The notes: a model not told the origin generated them from the sequence alone. 64,000 nucleotides of DNA from an uncultured delta proteobacterium (GCA_963793865.1 CAWCBP010000010.1:45635-109634); one strand, 5' to 3'; numbered from the stretch's first letter, positions 24,860-35,161 are shown. Translations and numbers: made by a program.

Positions 24860-25235
24860 CACTACCATCTGGATTGATTTCTTTCAGCATCCTGCCTCTC
24901 ACAATGCCGATAAGCTCGAAAAACTTATCAGGGACTTTAATCAGGCAGCCCTCTGCGGAATCGTTCTCCAAGAGATTCTTCAGGGGATAAGGGATATCAA
25001 GAGTTTCACTGCAACAAAGTCACGACTTCAAAAACTTCCTTATCTGGACATGGGCAAAGAGGTATATCTTGCCGCCGCGACGCTTTACCGCTCTCTGCGT
25101 GCGAAGGGGATAACCGTGCCGTCAACTGACACCGCGATCGCAGCCCTTGCGATTCTGCATCGCGTTCCCCTCTTCACCGGAGACGAACATTTCAGCATCA
25201 TTGCAGAACACAGCAGGCTTGAACTCTACAGGTAG
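24846..25235 (+). CDS. vapC: VapC PIN-domain toxin
   Basis: VLVDTTIWIDF, QEILQG, TDTAIAA, TGDEHF acidic PIN residues. Confidence 0.92.
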   Translation: MVLVDTTIWIDFFQHPASHNADKLEKLIRDFNQAALCGIVLQEILQGIRDIKSFTATKSRLQKLPYLDMGKEVYLAAATLYRSLRAKGITVPSTDTAIAALAILHRVPLFTGDEHFSIIAEHSRLELYR

Positions 25236-25254
25236 TTTTATGAAAAAGAGGGGG

Positions 25255-25322
25255 GGACGCCCTTAAATATCTAAGTTTTGATGAAGCTAAGGAATTAAAA
25301 TTATAGAGACTTAAGGGAGTCC
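25255..25322. repeat. ~70-bp inverted-repeat mini-element (copy 1)
   Basis: GGACGCCCTTAA...TTAAGGGAGTCC; related copy at 46685-46752. Confidence 0.65.
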
Positions 25323-25394
25323 TTCTTTACAGCACCTGCATGAACCTGTCGCTCGTTGGTGACGGTTGTGCTGCAGTGCAGATATAAAGAGCCG

Positions 25395-25418
25395 GTAGGA
25401 GCGGCTTTCAGCCGCGAA
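25395..25418 (+). repeat. REP copy
   Basis: GTAGGAGCGGCTTTCAGCCGCGAA. Confidence 0.7.
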
Positions 25419-25444
25419 TACTTGCAGCCTTCAGGGGAGGTGCC

Positions 25445-26924
25445 ATGCAAAGGCTTTGTGTGCGTCTGCTTCTGATTTTTGTGCTGGCCGGCTGCCAGGA
25501 TGCGGGTATACTCTGTCCTGCCGATCAGGGGATTTTTTCGGCCGCAACCGTCAGCGCGCAGGATTTAAGCTATCTCTTGGATCTTGATCCCGATGCGGTC
25601 ACCAACCGGGATCTCTATGACCGGGCAGTTGCGCTCGAGGAGAACTACCAGAAGTATCACTAGGTCAACGGCATTCTCTGGGAGGCCAGATATGCCGAGG
25701 CGGAGGATGAGCTGCCTACCCTCTACGGAACCGGCGGCGACAGCGCCATATTTACCGGGTTTTATCTGGCGGGTGCGGTATACCGCTTTCGCGCCACCGG
25801 CCTGCCGGGCGATCTGCAGGCGGTATTTGAAGCCGCGCGCGGCCTTCACATCCTCACCCACATAAGCGGTACGCCGGGCGTCATTGCCCGGTGTGCGTTC
25901 CCCGCCGCGCAGGCAGACAAATGGTGCTATCCCGAGGCCTGGCAGGAGCGGATCGACAGACGGCTATGTCTACGAGAGTTCCGCTGATATTCCCGACATC
26001 GGCGATCCACCGGCAGGCTATCCGGTGATGATCTACTATACCCGGGCCACCCGGGACCAGCTCACCGGTATTCTGTATGGCGTCGGCGTTGCCCTGGCGG
26101 AGCTTGACCCTGCGGACTATAGCGGGGAGACTGCGCTTGGCGTGATGAAGGTCAGGGACATCCTGCAGGAGGTGATCAGCGCAGTGTGGGGCCGGCTCAA
26201 GTCGACCGGATTCGTCATCAGAGATCAGGAGGGTAAAACCGGGACCACGGCCAGACTGGTGACCGGGCTGCTGCGGCTGCAGCTGCTGGCGGTATACCGG
26301 GCGGCACTGGAAGGGCGCGAGGGTATCGAGAGTGAGGAATACCAGCGCATTGACCGGCTCTACGCACGGGCATTCGCCCGGGCTTTTAGCTTGAACGATG
26401 GGGATGCCTCCGCGCTGTTTAACCGGGGTAGCCTGCTTGACGGCTATTACGCATACAATCTCAGATTCGCCCGCAGCTTTACCGTGCACCTTCTGGAAAA
26501 GGACCTGCAGCGCAGGGATACGGTTGTGGACTACATGCGAAAGCATGTCTGGCGGTACGTGCAGGACCACCGGAACACCCATTTTATCTTTGTGTATGCC
26601 GCCGCCTCAGGTGATCGGTCCCGGCTGGATGAAGCCGCACGCAGCCTGCGGGAGCTGTCGCTGAGGCCGCTGCGCAACTGGAACTCGCCGCTGCACGGTG
26701 AGGACTATTATCCTCCGAGGCCGGTGCTGCTCTACGGGGATGTGAGCAATTTTGTAGTGCCGGTGCATTTGCGCGAACCGACGGGCTATTTTATCTGGCA
26801 GAAGGATCCGTTCCAAACCGGCGACGGGGCGCCCAACACCGAAGGCCTGAACGAGGGTATCGGTCTAGATTTCATTCTGCCTTACTGGATGGGACGATAT
26901 TACGGTTTTCTTGATGCGCCGTGA
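25445..26924 (+). pseudogene. putative lipoprotein (possible alpha/alpha-barrel hydrolase-like), interrupted by in-frame TAG at 25661 and a frameshift near 25960
   Basis: LAGC lipobox; frame stays open after TAG (VNGILWEARY..GGDSAIFTGFYLAG..ISGTPGVIARC), then shifts into TRDQLTG..YWMGRYYG frame. Confidence 0.65.
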
Positions 26925-26959
26925 GAAAGGGCACACCCCTTTTGCAAGTCTAATTTGAA

Positions 26960-26989
26960 TGTAGGGGCGACCGGCCGGTCGCCCCTACA
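26960..26989. repeat. perfect palindromic REP, GTAGGGGCG family
   Basis: TGTAGGGGCGACCGGCCGGTCGCCCCTACA; related copies at 45048 and 46612. Confidence 0.85.
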
Positions 26990-27040
26990 GATTTTCAGGC
27001 AAAACATCCATGTTCCTGCAAGGTGCACGGAGCATGAATT

Positions 27041-27995
27041 TTAACTCGGCGCTTCGCCCGCGAAGAAACGCCGCGGGTTTGCCGCGAGCATGGTTTCAAT
27101 CTGCTCGTCGGTTGCCCCATTGAAGCGAAGCATGGGGATGACCCGCCCGAAGAAGTTGGTGGGCACCCAGTTCTTGTATGCTCCGGTGCCGATGCTCGGT
27201 CCGTTTGCCCAGTACCAGACCGAATCGTGGGAAACCATGAGGCGGGAGGCATAACCTGCATCAAGCAGCTTCATAAGCGAAGCCGCCCGAGTTTCATCGG
27301 GCATGTCGGGCATCCCGAAACGGTCAAAGGCCACATATGAGCCGCCTTGAATGATGCGCATGTGGTAATCAAAATTCCGCGACAGACAGCTGTGGCCGAT
27401 AATGATGCGGTGCAGCGGTACGCCGGCATCGCCAAGTATGTTCTGCTGCTCAACGCCCAGCACCCCTTCGGTGTGGGTGATGATGGGAGCACCGGTGACA
27501 ACCGAAGCCCTGGCGGCGGCAAGCAGCAGCTCACGTTCTTCCTCGATAATCACCGGATGGCCGGTGACCACCTTAATAATGCCCGCCTTTATACCGGTAT
27601 CATCAATGCCCTCGGTCAGCTCTTTGATGAATAGGTCGGCAACAGCCTCATTACTGCCGCCCAGCTTCTGACGAATCCTCAGAAAAGAGGCAGTGCTGTA
27701 GATGCCGGTAGCGCAGATGATGGTAAGCCCGGTCCGTGCGGCAACCTCTTTCAGAAGCAAGGGGTTGCAGCCGAGGTCCACGGTGGTGGGATCGACCACC
27801 GTTGCCACGCCACATTTTTTTATCCCTTCAGCAAAGCCCGCACATCGCGCTGCTATGGTGTTAAATGTACGTCCTGACGGAAGACAATCGGCGGACGGTC
27901 CGCCGTATTCCACGAACACATGCTCGTGCATCAGCGTTCGCCCGAGCTGATCAGGGAGCAATGGTTCCGATAACGGTGTTGATAAGTGTGGGCAT
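27041..27995 (-). CDS. phosphotriesterase-family (PTE/PLL) metallohydrolase; extra C near 27955 shifts the true N-terminus (MPTLINTVIGTIAP)
   Basis: TLMHEH, ATG, GIIK, THT, IGH, FDRFG, VSHD. Confidence 0.88.
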
Positions 27996-28001
27996 GGAAG
28001 T

Positions 28002-28987
28002 CTAGCGCGAGCGCTTGAAGACCCGCTCAACCGCGGCAAGGATGTCGGACACCTGGGGCAGGACATACTGCTCCATCACCGGGCTGAAGGGTATGGGGAC
28101 GTCTTTCGCGCCCACCCGCAACACGGGCGCAGCCAGGTATTCAAAGAGTTCTTCGCCGATACGCGAGGCCACCTCCGCGCCGAAACCGCCGGTCAGGCAA
28201 GCCTCGTGCACCACGACGGCACGACGGGTCTTTTTTACCGATTGTGCGATCAGTTCAAAATCGAGGGGCTTCAGGGTGCGCAGGTCGATGACCTCGGCAT
28301 TGATGCCTTTTTGTTCAAGCTGTGAAGCGGCCTCCATGCATTCGTAGGTCATGCGGGAATAGGTGAGCAGGGTAATATCGGTGCCGGGCTTTTTTATCAC
28401 GCCCTTTCCCAGGGGAATCAGGCAGCCGTTATCCGGCACCGGGCCGGTCTGGCGAAACAGGCGCTTGTGCTGAAAAAAGATAACCGGGTCATCATCGCGG
28501 ATGGCCGCCTTGAGCAGGCCCTTGGCATCCGCCGGCTCAGAGGGAACCACCACCTTCAGTCCCGGGGTGTGCACGAACCAGCTTTCCAGGCTCTGGGAGT
28601 GCTGAGCGGCGGCTGAAAGCCCGCGCCATCAGGCGCCCACAGCACCATGGGAACCTTCACCTGGCCGCCGAACATGTAGCGGATCTTGGCCATTTGATTG
28701 ACAATCTCATCCATGGCGGTAGTCACAAAGTCCGCAAAGTGCATGTCAACCACCGGCCGCATCCCGGTCAGCGCCGCGCCCACGCCGCTGCCGGCAAGAC
28801 TGGTTTCGGAAATGGGCGTGTCAATGATCCGGCCGGGAAATCGCTCCGGCAGTCCCTTGAACTGGCAGAAAATGCCGCCGTTGCAGACCAGGTCTTCTCC
28901 GATGATGAAAACCCGGTCATCCCGCTCCATTTCCTCGGTAAGCGCTTCGGCTATGGCCTGGGCGCAGGTGAGTTGTCGTAAGCCCAT
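28002..28987 (-). CDS. TPP-dependent 2-oxoacid/acetoin dehydrogenase E1 beta subunit; 1-nt frameshift near 28617
   Basis: IGEDL, DTPISE, GMRPV, DEIVNQ; other frame AAQHSQSLE..PGLKVVVPS..EVIDLRTLKPLD. Confidence 0.92.
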
Positions 28988-29000
28988 GCAATGTTTCTCC

Positions 29001-29969
29001 CTATGGATTTACCAGTAAACCGTTTAATGCGTCTTCCGGGGCGGGCAGGGGCGCGTCCATTCCAAACTGCACTGCTTCCTCTATGAGGTTGATGGTTTCC
29101 GCCCGGATCCGCTCTGCCAGGTCCTCAGAGAGGATGCCCTCTTCCTTAAGAACCAATTCGAAACGCTGGATGGGGTCCCGGTCTTTTTTATAGGTGTGAA
29201 TTTCATCCTGGGTGCGATACTTCTGCCGGTCCCCCTCGAAATGTCCCTTATAGCGGAAGGTCTCATTTTCCACGATGGCGGGCCCGTTTCCGTCGCGGGC
29301 AAACTCCACCGCTTCGCTTACCACTTCCAGCACTTCCAGAACATTGCTGCCGTCGGTAATGTAGCCGGGAATACCGTACGCCTTGGCCCGGCCCGCCACC
29401 GTGCCTCCCGCTATCATTTTCTCAGACGGGGAGGTGGAGGCATAGCCGTTATTCTCACACACGAAAATTATAGGCAGCTTGAAGACCGCCGCCATGTTGC
29501 ATGCCTCGTGAAAGGTTCCGCGGTTGGAAGCACCGTCACCGAAGAAGACCATGCCCACCTGGCCGCTCCTGCGCATCTTGATGGAAAGGCCGGCCCCGAC
29601 CATGATGGGAAAGCCTCCTCCCACGACACCATTGGCGCCGAGAATGCCCTTGGAAAAATCGGCGATGTGCATGGAGCCGCCCTTGCCTTTGCAATAGCCG
29701 GTTGCCTTGCCGAACAGCTCCGCGAACATGAACTTTGGATCGCCCCCCTTGGCCAGTATGTGGGCGTGACCGCGGTGGGTTGAGATGATGTAATCATCGG
29801 GCCGCAGCGCGGCGCAGCTGCCGGCGGTGGACGCTTCCTGCCCGATTGACAGGTGCACAAAGCCGGGGATGAGCTTCTGCTGAAAAAGGGTCTCTGCCTT
29901 TTCCTCAAAGGCGCGAATGAGCAGCATCTTTTTTAAGAGCGACAATTTTTCATCTGTACCGATATCCAC
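29001..29969 (-). CDS. TPP-dependent 2-oxoacid/acetoin dehydrogenase E1 alpha subunit
   Basis: GFVHLSIGQEA, THRGH, GKGGSMH, FFGDGA..CENNGYA TPP motif. Confidence 0.95.
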   Translation of the reverse strand: MDIGTDEKLSLLKKMLLIRAFEEKAETLFQQKLIPGFVHLSIGQEASTAGSCAALRPDDYIISTHRGHAHILAKGGDPKFMFAELFGKATGYCKGKGGSMHIADFSKGILGANGVVGGGFPIMVGAGLSIKMRRSGQVGMVFFGDGASNRGTFHEACNMAAVFKLPIIFVCENNGYASTSPSEKMIAGGTVAGRAKAYGIPGYITDGSNVLEVLEVVSEAVEFARDGNGPAIVENETFRYKGHFEGDRQKYRTQDEIHTYKKDRDPIQRFELVLKEEGILSEDLAERIRAETINLIEEAVQFGMDAPLPAPEDALNGLLVNP

Positions 29970-30092
29970 GGTTTCCTCTATGTAATGATGGTCTTTGTGT
30001 CAGGTCAAACCGCTATCCGCCTGAAGGTGTAGCGTGTTATTGCACGTAGGGGAGGATCGGGTAAGCTGACTTCAATTGGGGGTAAGTTCAAG

Positions 30093-30137
30093 AATATAAA
30101 GGAAGTTCAAGCGGGTGTCAATAGATAAGCACAGCAT
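30093..30137 (-). promoter_or_regulatory. sigma70 promoter (copy 1 of 45-bp duplication) for E1 operon
   Basis: minus strand TTGACA-17 nt-TATATT. Confidence 0.75.
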
Positions 30138-30188
30138 GCCTTCAAGCGGGTGAAGCGGGGAAAAGCAGGCGGTTGCCCCCTGCATGGT

Positions 30189-31814
30189 TCAGCGCTTTCG
30201 GCTGATCTCTCCGGTTTCTCCGAAAACCAGACCGCTTTCCGGAATGTCCCTGCGGGTGAGTGCGCAGATTTCTTTGAAGGCTGCGCGGGAAGGATCCGGC
30301 GAGGGGCCGCCGCTGCCTTTTTGAAGCGCGGAATAAACCCTGGCGCTCCGGAACTCACCCTCCCGGTTGACGGTGATCTTGAGAATGGGCGCCAGGCCGC
30401 TCGAACCCTTGAGGTTGAAGCGGCGATAGGTGGCGAAATTGCCCAGGGAATAGGCGATAAAACGGTCCCTGTAGATGTCCACCGCGCGGGGGACGTGCGG
30501 TCCATGTCCGAGGACTATATCCGCCCCGGCGTCGATGGCCACCCGGGCAAATTCATAGGGGTTCCCGCGATCCTCCCCCAAAAATAATTCCTTCTTTCGG
30601 GTGATATGCTTATGTTCGGTTCCTTCGCCGCCCGAATGGACGGAAACGATCACAATATCCACCATAGCATCCAGGTGAGCAACAATTGTGCGCACGGTTT
30701 TGTAGTCGTTGAGGTTCACCGCGGCCTTGTCCGCGGCAAAGGCACAGAACCCGTAGGTCACGCCGTCTCTGGTGAGAACCGTTTGCGGATGTTCGATCAG
30801 GCCGGCGTAATGGATTGATGCCTCAGAGAGCCGCTTAACGGTGTTTTTCCTTCCCCTCTCGCCGAAATCGTCGGCATGATTATTGGCGATGCTGAGCAGG
30901 TCGAACCCGGCGTCCGCCAGATGGCGGACATAGTGATCCGGGGATTTGAAGGCATAGACCTCGCCGGGATCGGCTATGGTTTTCGAGACGCCCCTTTCGG
31001 TCATGATCACGCCTTCGAGGTTGCCGACGGTCAGGTCCGCGTCGCGCAGAATATCTGCCACTGGTGCCAACAGCTCACGGCCGTCGTTGGGAGGCAGATA
31101 GTCGGCAGAGGGATAGTTTGTGCCCAGCATGATGTCACCCACAGCGATGATGGAAATGCTCGCCTTCGGGGGAGGCCCGGGAGAAGACGCCGCCCCGGCC
31201 GCAGCTGAATCCGCAGCCGATGCCCGCGCGCCCCGCGGCAGACCGGGTATCCGCCCCGCGAAGAGGAACCGTTCAGAATAGTATTCCACGGGATACTCAT
31301 CGATGACCACGCCCCGCGCGCAACTGTGGATCATGCGGATGCGGCCGCCTTCCCTGCCGATGACCATGCTGACGTGACCCACCCGGTGCAGGAATTTGCG
31401 GCGCCCTTTGAAAAAGAGCAAATCTCCCTTTTCCGCTTTGTCCAACGGCACGCGGTCCACCTGGTGAGCGATGTCGCGCGATGAGGGCGGCAGGGTGACG
31501 CCGTGCAGCGACCACACGTAGGACATGAATCCGCCGCAGTCCATGACACTGCCGTATTCATTTCGGAACTTGTAGGGCTTGCCCAGATGCTCCCTGCTGC
31601 TGGAGATGACCCGGTCCACGATGTCCGGGGCCATCTTGTCTGCCGGACGGGCCGTGCCCGGGCCGGAAGCGGTTCCCGCGGCGCAAGCCGGGCTTGCGGA
31701 TATCCACGGGGCGGCGAGCGCGCACATAATGATCAGCGCCACACCGAGGCATCTGCTCAGTGGACGCTGGTTTTGTCGTGTTGCCATGGCGGCATCACCA
31801 ACAATAGTTTTCAT
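30189..31814 (-). CDS. secreted NlpC/P60 peptidase - CapA (PGA_cap metallophosphatase) fusion
   Basis: DCGG..GDLLFF..GHV..IHS (NlpC/P60); VGDIMLG, GNLEG, ANNHADD, VHSG, GHGPHV, YSLGNF (CapA); start may be 31787. Confidence 0.88.
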   Translation of the reverse strand: MKTIVGDAAMATRQNQRPLSRCLGVALIIMCALAAPWISASPACAAGTASGPGTARPADKMAPDIVDRVISSSREHLGKPYKFRNEYGSVMDCGGFMSYVWSLHGVTLPPSSRDIAHQVDRVPLDKAEKGDLLFFKGRRKFLHRVGHVSMVIGREGGRIRMIHSCARGVVIDEYPVEYYSERFLFAGRIPGLPRGARASAADSAAAGAASSPGPPPKASISIIAVGDIMLGTNYPSADYLPPNDGRELLAPVADILRDADLTVGNLEGVIMTERGVSKTIADPGEVYAFKSPDHYVRHLADAGFDLLSIANNHADDFGERGRKNTVKRLSEASIHYAGLIEHPQTVLTRDGVTYGFCAFAADKAAVNLNDYKTVRTIVAHLDAMVDIVIVSVHSGGEGTEHKHITRKKELFLGEDRGNPYEFARVAIDAGADIVLGHGPHVPRAVDIYRDRFIAYSLGNFATYRRFNLKGSSGLAPILKITVNREGEFRSARVYSALQKGSGGPSPDPSRAAFKEICALTRRDIPESGLVFGETGEISRKR

Positions 31815-31893
31815 AATCTTTTTGCAGCTGTGTTTTTGAAAAAGCGCTGACAGGCTCAGCGCTCAGCGGTGCAGCAAGGATTTTAATAGCGCA

Positions 31894-31938
31894 AATATAA
31901 AGGAAGTCCAATCGAGTGTCAATTGATAAGCACAGTAT
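31894..31938 (-). promoter_or_regulatory. sigma70 promoter (copy 2 of 45-bp duplication) for NlpC/P60-CapA gene
   Basis: minus strand TTGACA-17 nt-TATATT; 40/45 identical to 30093-30137. Confidence 0.75.
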
Positions 31939-31966
31939 CGATACGCATGCCGGAAGGAAATGATGG

Positions 31967-31999
31967 AAAAAGCCTTCCATGATGGTGCGGAAGGCTTTT
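31967..31999. terminator. intrinsic terminator after FAD-oxidase operon
   Basis: AAAAAGCCTTCC...GGAAGGCTTTT. Confidence 0.7.
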
Positions 32000-32185
32000 G
32001 CATGGGTGCTCCCGGCATGAGCTGCATTCTATCCCGCCGTAAGGCTCCCCGCTTCAGTGAGGCAAGATTGGTAAGAGTGGTTTCCGTGCTTGCTTATTGC
32101 GTTTCCGGCGAAAGCATGCAACCTTCCCGGTCGATACGGTCATTGCAAGCGCTTCGATCAACCTCCGGCAGAAACGTTATCCCAC

Positions 32186-33892
32186 TCACTCCACCGCGGG
32201 CAGTCCCTGCATTCCCCGCATCTGGTTGACCAGGTCCTTCGTTTCCTTGGGGAACTGCTGCCATTCCTCCTCGGTGAACACCTGTCTCCCCGGTGAGGCC
32301 ACCCCGTTGGGATCGAACACCTTTCTGATCTTCCGCATGAACAGATGCCCGTTGGGACCTGCTTCCGGGAACATGGTGGTGAAGGGCTCCACGTTGACAA
32401 AGGCCATGAGCATCGGCCCCAAATCATGCTTGATAAACGTTGCCGCCCCGTAAATCCCGTATCCGGCGGCCTTCTTGATCTCATCCGGCAGGGTCGGGTC
32501 CGGATAGTTGTCGGTTTCAAACAGGCAGAAGTGCCCCCGCTGCAGTGCATACACAAACGGCGTGTCATCGGCGCCGCCCCGATCGGTTATGTCAAGCTCA
32601 CCGAAGGTGTCCAGCGCCTTTTTCCATTCCCGCGAGGTGGCAAAGGCGCTGTTTAACGGCCCCACCGGCAGCCAGGCGTTGGCGTACATCTTGCGGTTCA
32701 TGCGATAGCCGGTGGAATGGCGGATGCAGTCATAATTCCAGGGCTTGAGCGCTTCAAGCACTTCCGGCTTGTAGTCCTCCGAAAGAAATCTTCCGCCGTG
32801 TTCCTTGATGATCTGCTTCAGTACCTCCTCCTCGTATTCGATCTGCTTGTCGGAGCTGGTGTTGGCAAGAATGATGTAGCTGTTCCAGTCGGGGAAAAAT
32901 TTGGTTTTGCAGCGCTCGACGGTCATGTCCTGTGTCTGCGAGCAGTAGAACGCCGAATACACGCCGGTGGCGTTAAGCCCGATGGCGATGCCGGAATGGG
33001 CAATCTCGCGCATGGCCTTGATCTGCGACTCAAAATCCTTATACTCCACCCAGTAAAGCTTGTGATTTTTCAGCGGCGCCGGCGGATTGTCGTATTTCGG
33101 GTCATGCACATCGGCCAGGCTGGGCCTCCCCGCGGGGATCTCCGGGAACACCGGATCTCCGACCCAGGAATGCAGCTTGACGGTGATTTCGGTGACAATG
33201 CCGTTGGTGCCGACGCCCGCCCGCTGCAGCCCCAGCAGATCCGGACCCGGGCCGTACTCCCAGAAGTCACCCGCCTTGGGTATGCAGCGCGATCCGGTGG
33301 TCAAAATCTCCCCGTCCGGGAGGACCATTTTAACGCTCACAATATTGCGGCTGAAAAGCCCGTACTTCAGATCGGTCTGCCACAGGCCCGCGAAGGCAAA
33401 CTGGGAGGCGAGCTTGCACAGGGCCGTCGCCAGCGGGCTTCCCCCGTTCCACAGGCCCCGCTTCATGGCCTCCGCCTGCAGCTGCCCGTAATCAACATAG
33501 GCCTGCAGGGTGGCGTTCATGTTTTCCACGTCGATGTGAATGATCCTGTTCATGCGCGAGAGGTGGATGATCAGCGTGGGATCAGGCGTGGTGGGATTGC
33601 AGAACACCTGCCCGTTGGTGAAGGGGATAAAGGGCACGTGGTAACGGTTGCAGATGCGCACGATGGACTGGATCTCTTCGGTTGACGCGGGAAGCACCAC
33701 GCACGCGGGCAGCACATGAGGGTCCTTCTCATGCTTTTTAATAAAGCTGAATCCCTCGATGGAAAGCTTGCTGTAGGTCTCCACCACCGATCGCTGTTCA
33801 TAAATCCACTCCTCCCCGACCACACTCTTCAGTGCGTTATATACCTCCCGGGGCAACTTTTTTTGGATTACTTTTCCCTTGCCGGTATTCAT
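32186..33892 (-). CDS. FAD-linked oxidoreductase (FAD_binding_4, GlcD/VAO-like)
   Basis: VVLPASTEEIQ, LSRMNRI, VLPDGE, GTNGIVTE, FDPNGVASPG. Confidence 0.85.
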   Translation of the reverse strand: MNTGKGKVIQKKLPREVYNALKSVVGEEWIYEQRSVVETYSKLSIEGFSFIKKHEKDPHVLPACVVLPASTEEIQSIVRICNRYHVPFIPFTNGQVFCNPTTPDPTLIIHLSRMNRIIHIDVENMNATLQAYVDYGQLQAEAMKRGLWNGGSPLATALCKLASQFAFAGLWQTDLKYGLFSRNIVSVKMVLPDGEILTTGSRCIPKAGDFWEYGPGPDLLGLQRAGVGTNGIVTEITVKLHSWVGDPVFPEIPAGRPSLADVHDPKYDNPPAPLKNHKLYWVEYKDFESQIKAMREIAHSGIAIGLNATGVYSAFYCSQTQDMTVERCKTKFFPDWNSYIILANTSSDKQIEYEEEVLKQIIKEHGGRFLSEDYKPEVLEALKPWNYDCIRHSTGYRMNRKMYANAWLPVGPLNSAFATSREWKKALDTFGELDITDRGGADDTPFVYALQRGHFCLFETDNYPDPTLPDEIKKAAGYGIYGAATFIKHDLGPMLMAFVNVEPFTTMFPEAGPNGHLFMRKIRKVFDPNGVASPGRQVFTEEEWQQFPKETKDLVNQMRGMQGLPAVE

Positions 33893-33913
33893 GGTTGTGC
33901 TCCCCCGCTGTGG

Positions 33914-35161
33914 TTATTCAATGTCAAGCGCTTTGATGAGCAGATCGGTGAGATCATACAGCTCCATGCCGTCATCCATCTTGCTCAGGGCGTCCCCCAG
34001 GTTCTGCTCACAGAAGGGGCACGCGGTCACCACCGCCTGCGCCCCGGTCTTTTTTGCCTCCTGCAGCCGCTTGGTGGCGGTCTTCTGGGCAAAGTCCATG
34101 AAGGCGGTCCGGGCGCCGCCGCCGCCGCCGCAGCACCAGGACTGGTCCTTGATGCGCTCCATCTCCACCAGCTCCACACCGGGAATGGCGCTTAAGATCC
34201 GGCGCGGCGGGTCATAAATGCCCAGATGCCGCCCCAGGTGGCAGGGATCATGCCAGGTGAGCCGCATGTTGAGCGCTTTATTCATTTTCAATTTCCCTTC
34301 CCGGATGAGCTTGTCGATGTACTGGGAGGTATGATAGACCGTTGCCTTCAGTTTCGGTGCGTCGGGGACTTCCGGATAATCGTGGGTGAGGGCCCGGAAG
34401 CAGCCCGGACAGAAGGCCACGATGTCCTTCACCCCGCTTGCGTTTAACAATTCGATGTTGCGCCGGGCGAGATTCATAAAGGTCTCCCGGTCGCCGATGC
34501 GCGCCACCGGACTGCCGCAGCATATCTCGTCCTTGCCCAGCATGCCCAGGTCGACGCCTCCCTTGAGCAGGATTTTGGCGGTGTTCTGCGCCACGTGCCA
34601 CTGGGTGTTGTCAAAAGCGGTGGTGCACCCCACAAACAGCATCGTCTCCGCCTTTTCCTTGCCCAGATCTTTTATGGGGAGCTTGCGCGCCCACCGGTCA
34701 CGCTGGGTGCGCGGCTGCATCCAGGGGTTGTCATAGTTTTTAACGCTCTTGATCAGGTTCTTATGTTCCGGCATGGGCCCGATTCCGTCCTTCACAAAAA
34801 GCGCCCTCAGCACCTCATTGACCTGCAGCGGCTCCTTGTCCTGCAGGCGCTGGCAGTTCATTTCACATGCCCCGCAGGTGGTGCAGGTATACAGGAATTT
34901 TGCCACTTCCGGGGCGTCTTCGTAGTCAAAGTCGCCCTCGAGCAGGGCCCGGGCTATGTGCATTTTTCCCATGCCCGAGTAGGGGAAAATCCGGTACTCG
35001 TGGAATGCCGGGCAGATTTCCGAGAACTCGGCGCTTTTTACATTCCATCCCCACTGGTTCTGGCAGTGATTGCACCGGGCACAGCCCCACACCGATTCGC
35101 GGTAGTCTTCCAGCGTCTTCTCAAAAAATTTCTTCTCAGGCTTTTTTTCGTAATAGGTCAT
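33914..35161 (-). CDS. Fe-S oxidoreductase with 2x[4Fe-4S] and two CCG domains (GlpC/HdrD-like)
   Basis: CARCNHC, CTTCGACEMNC, EICCG, CPGC, HDPCHLGR, WCCGGGGG, TACPFC. Confidence 0.92.
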   Translation of the reverse strand: MTYYEKKPEKKFFEKTLEDYRESVWGCARCNHCQNQWGWNVKSAEFSEICPAFHEYRIFPYSGMGKMHIARALLEGDFDYEDAPEVAKFLYTCTTCGACEMNCQRLQDKEPLQVNEVLRALFVKDGIGPMPEHKNLIKSVKNYDNPWMQPRTQRDRWARKLPIKDLGKEKAETMLFVGCTTAFDNTQWHVAQNTAKILLKGGVDLGMLGKDEICCGSPVARIGDRETFMNLARRNIELLNASGVKDIVAFCPGCFRALTHDYPEVPDAPKLKATVYHTSQYIDKLIREGKLKMNKALNMRLTWHDPCHLGRHLGIYDPPRRILSAIPGVELVEMERIKDQSWCCGGGGGARTAFMDFAQKTATKRLQEAKKTGAQAVVTACPFCEQNLGDALSKMDDGMELYDLTDLLIKALDIE

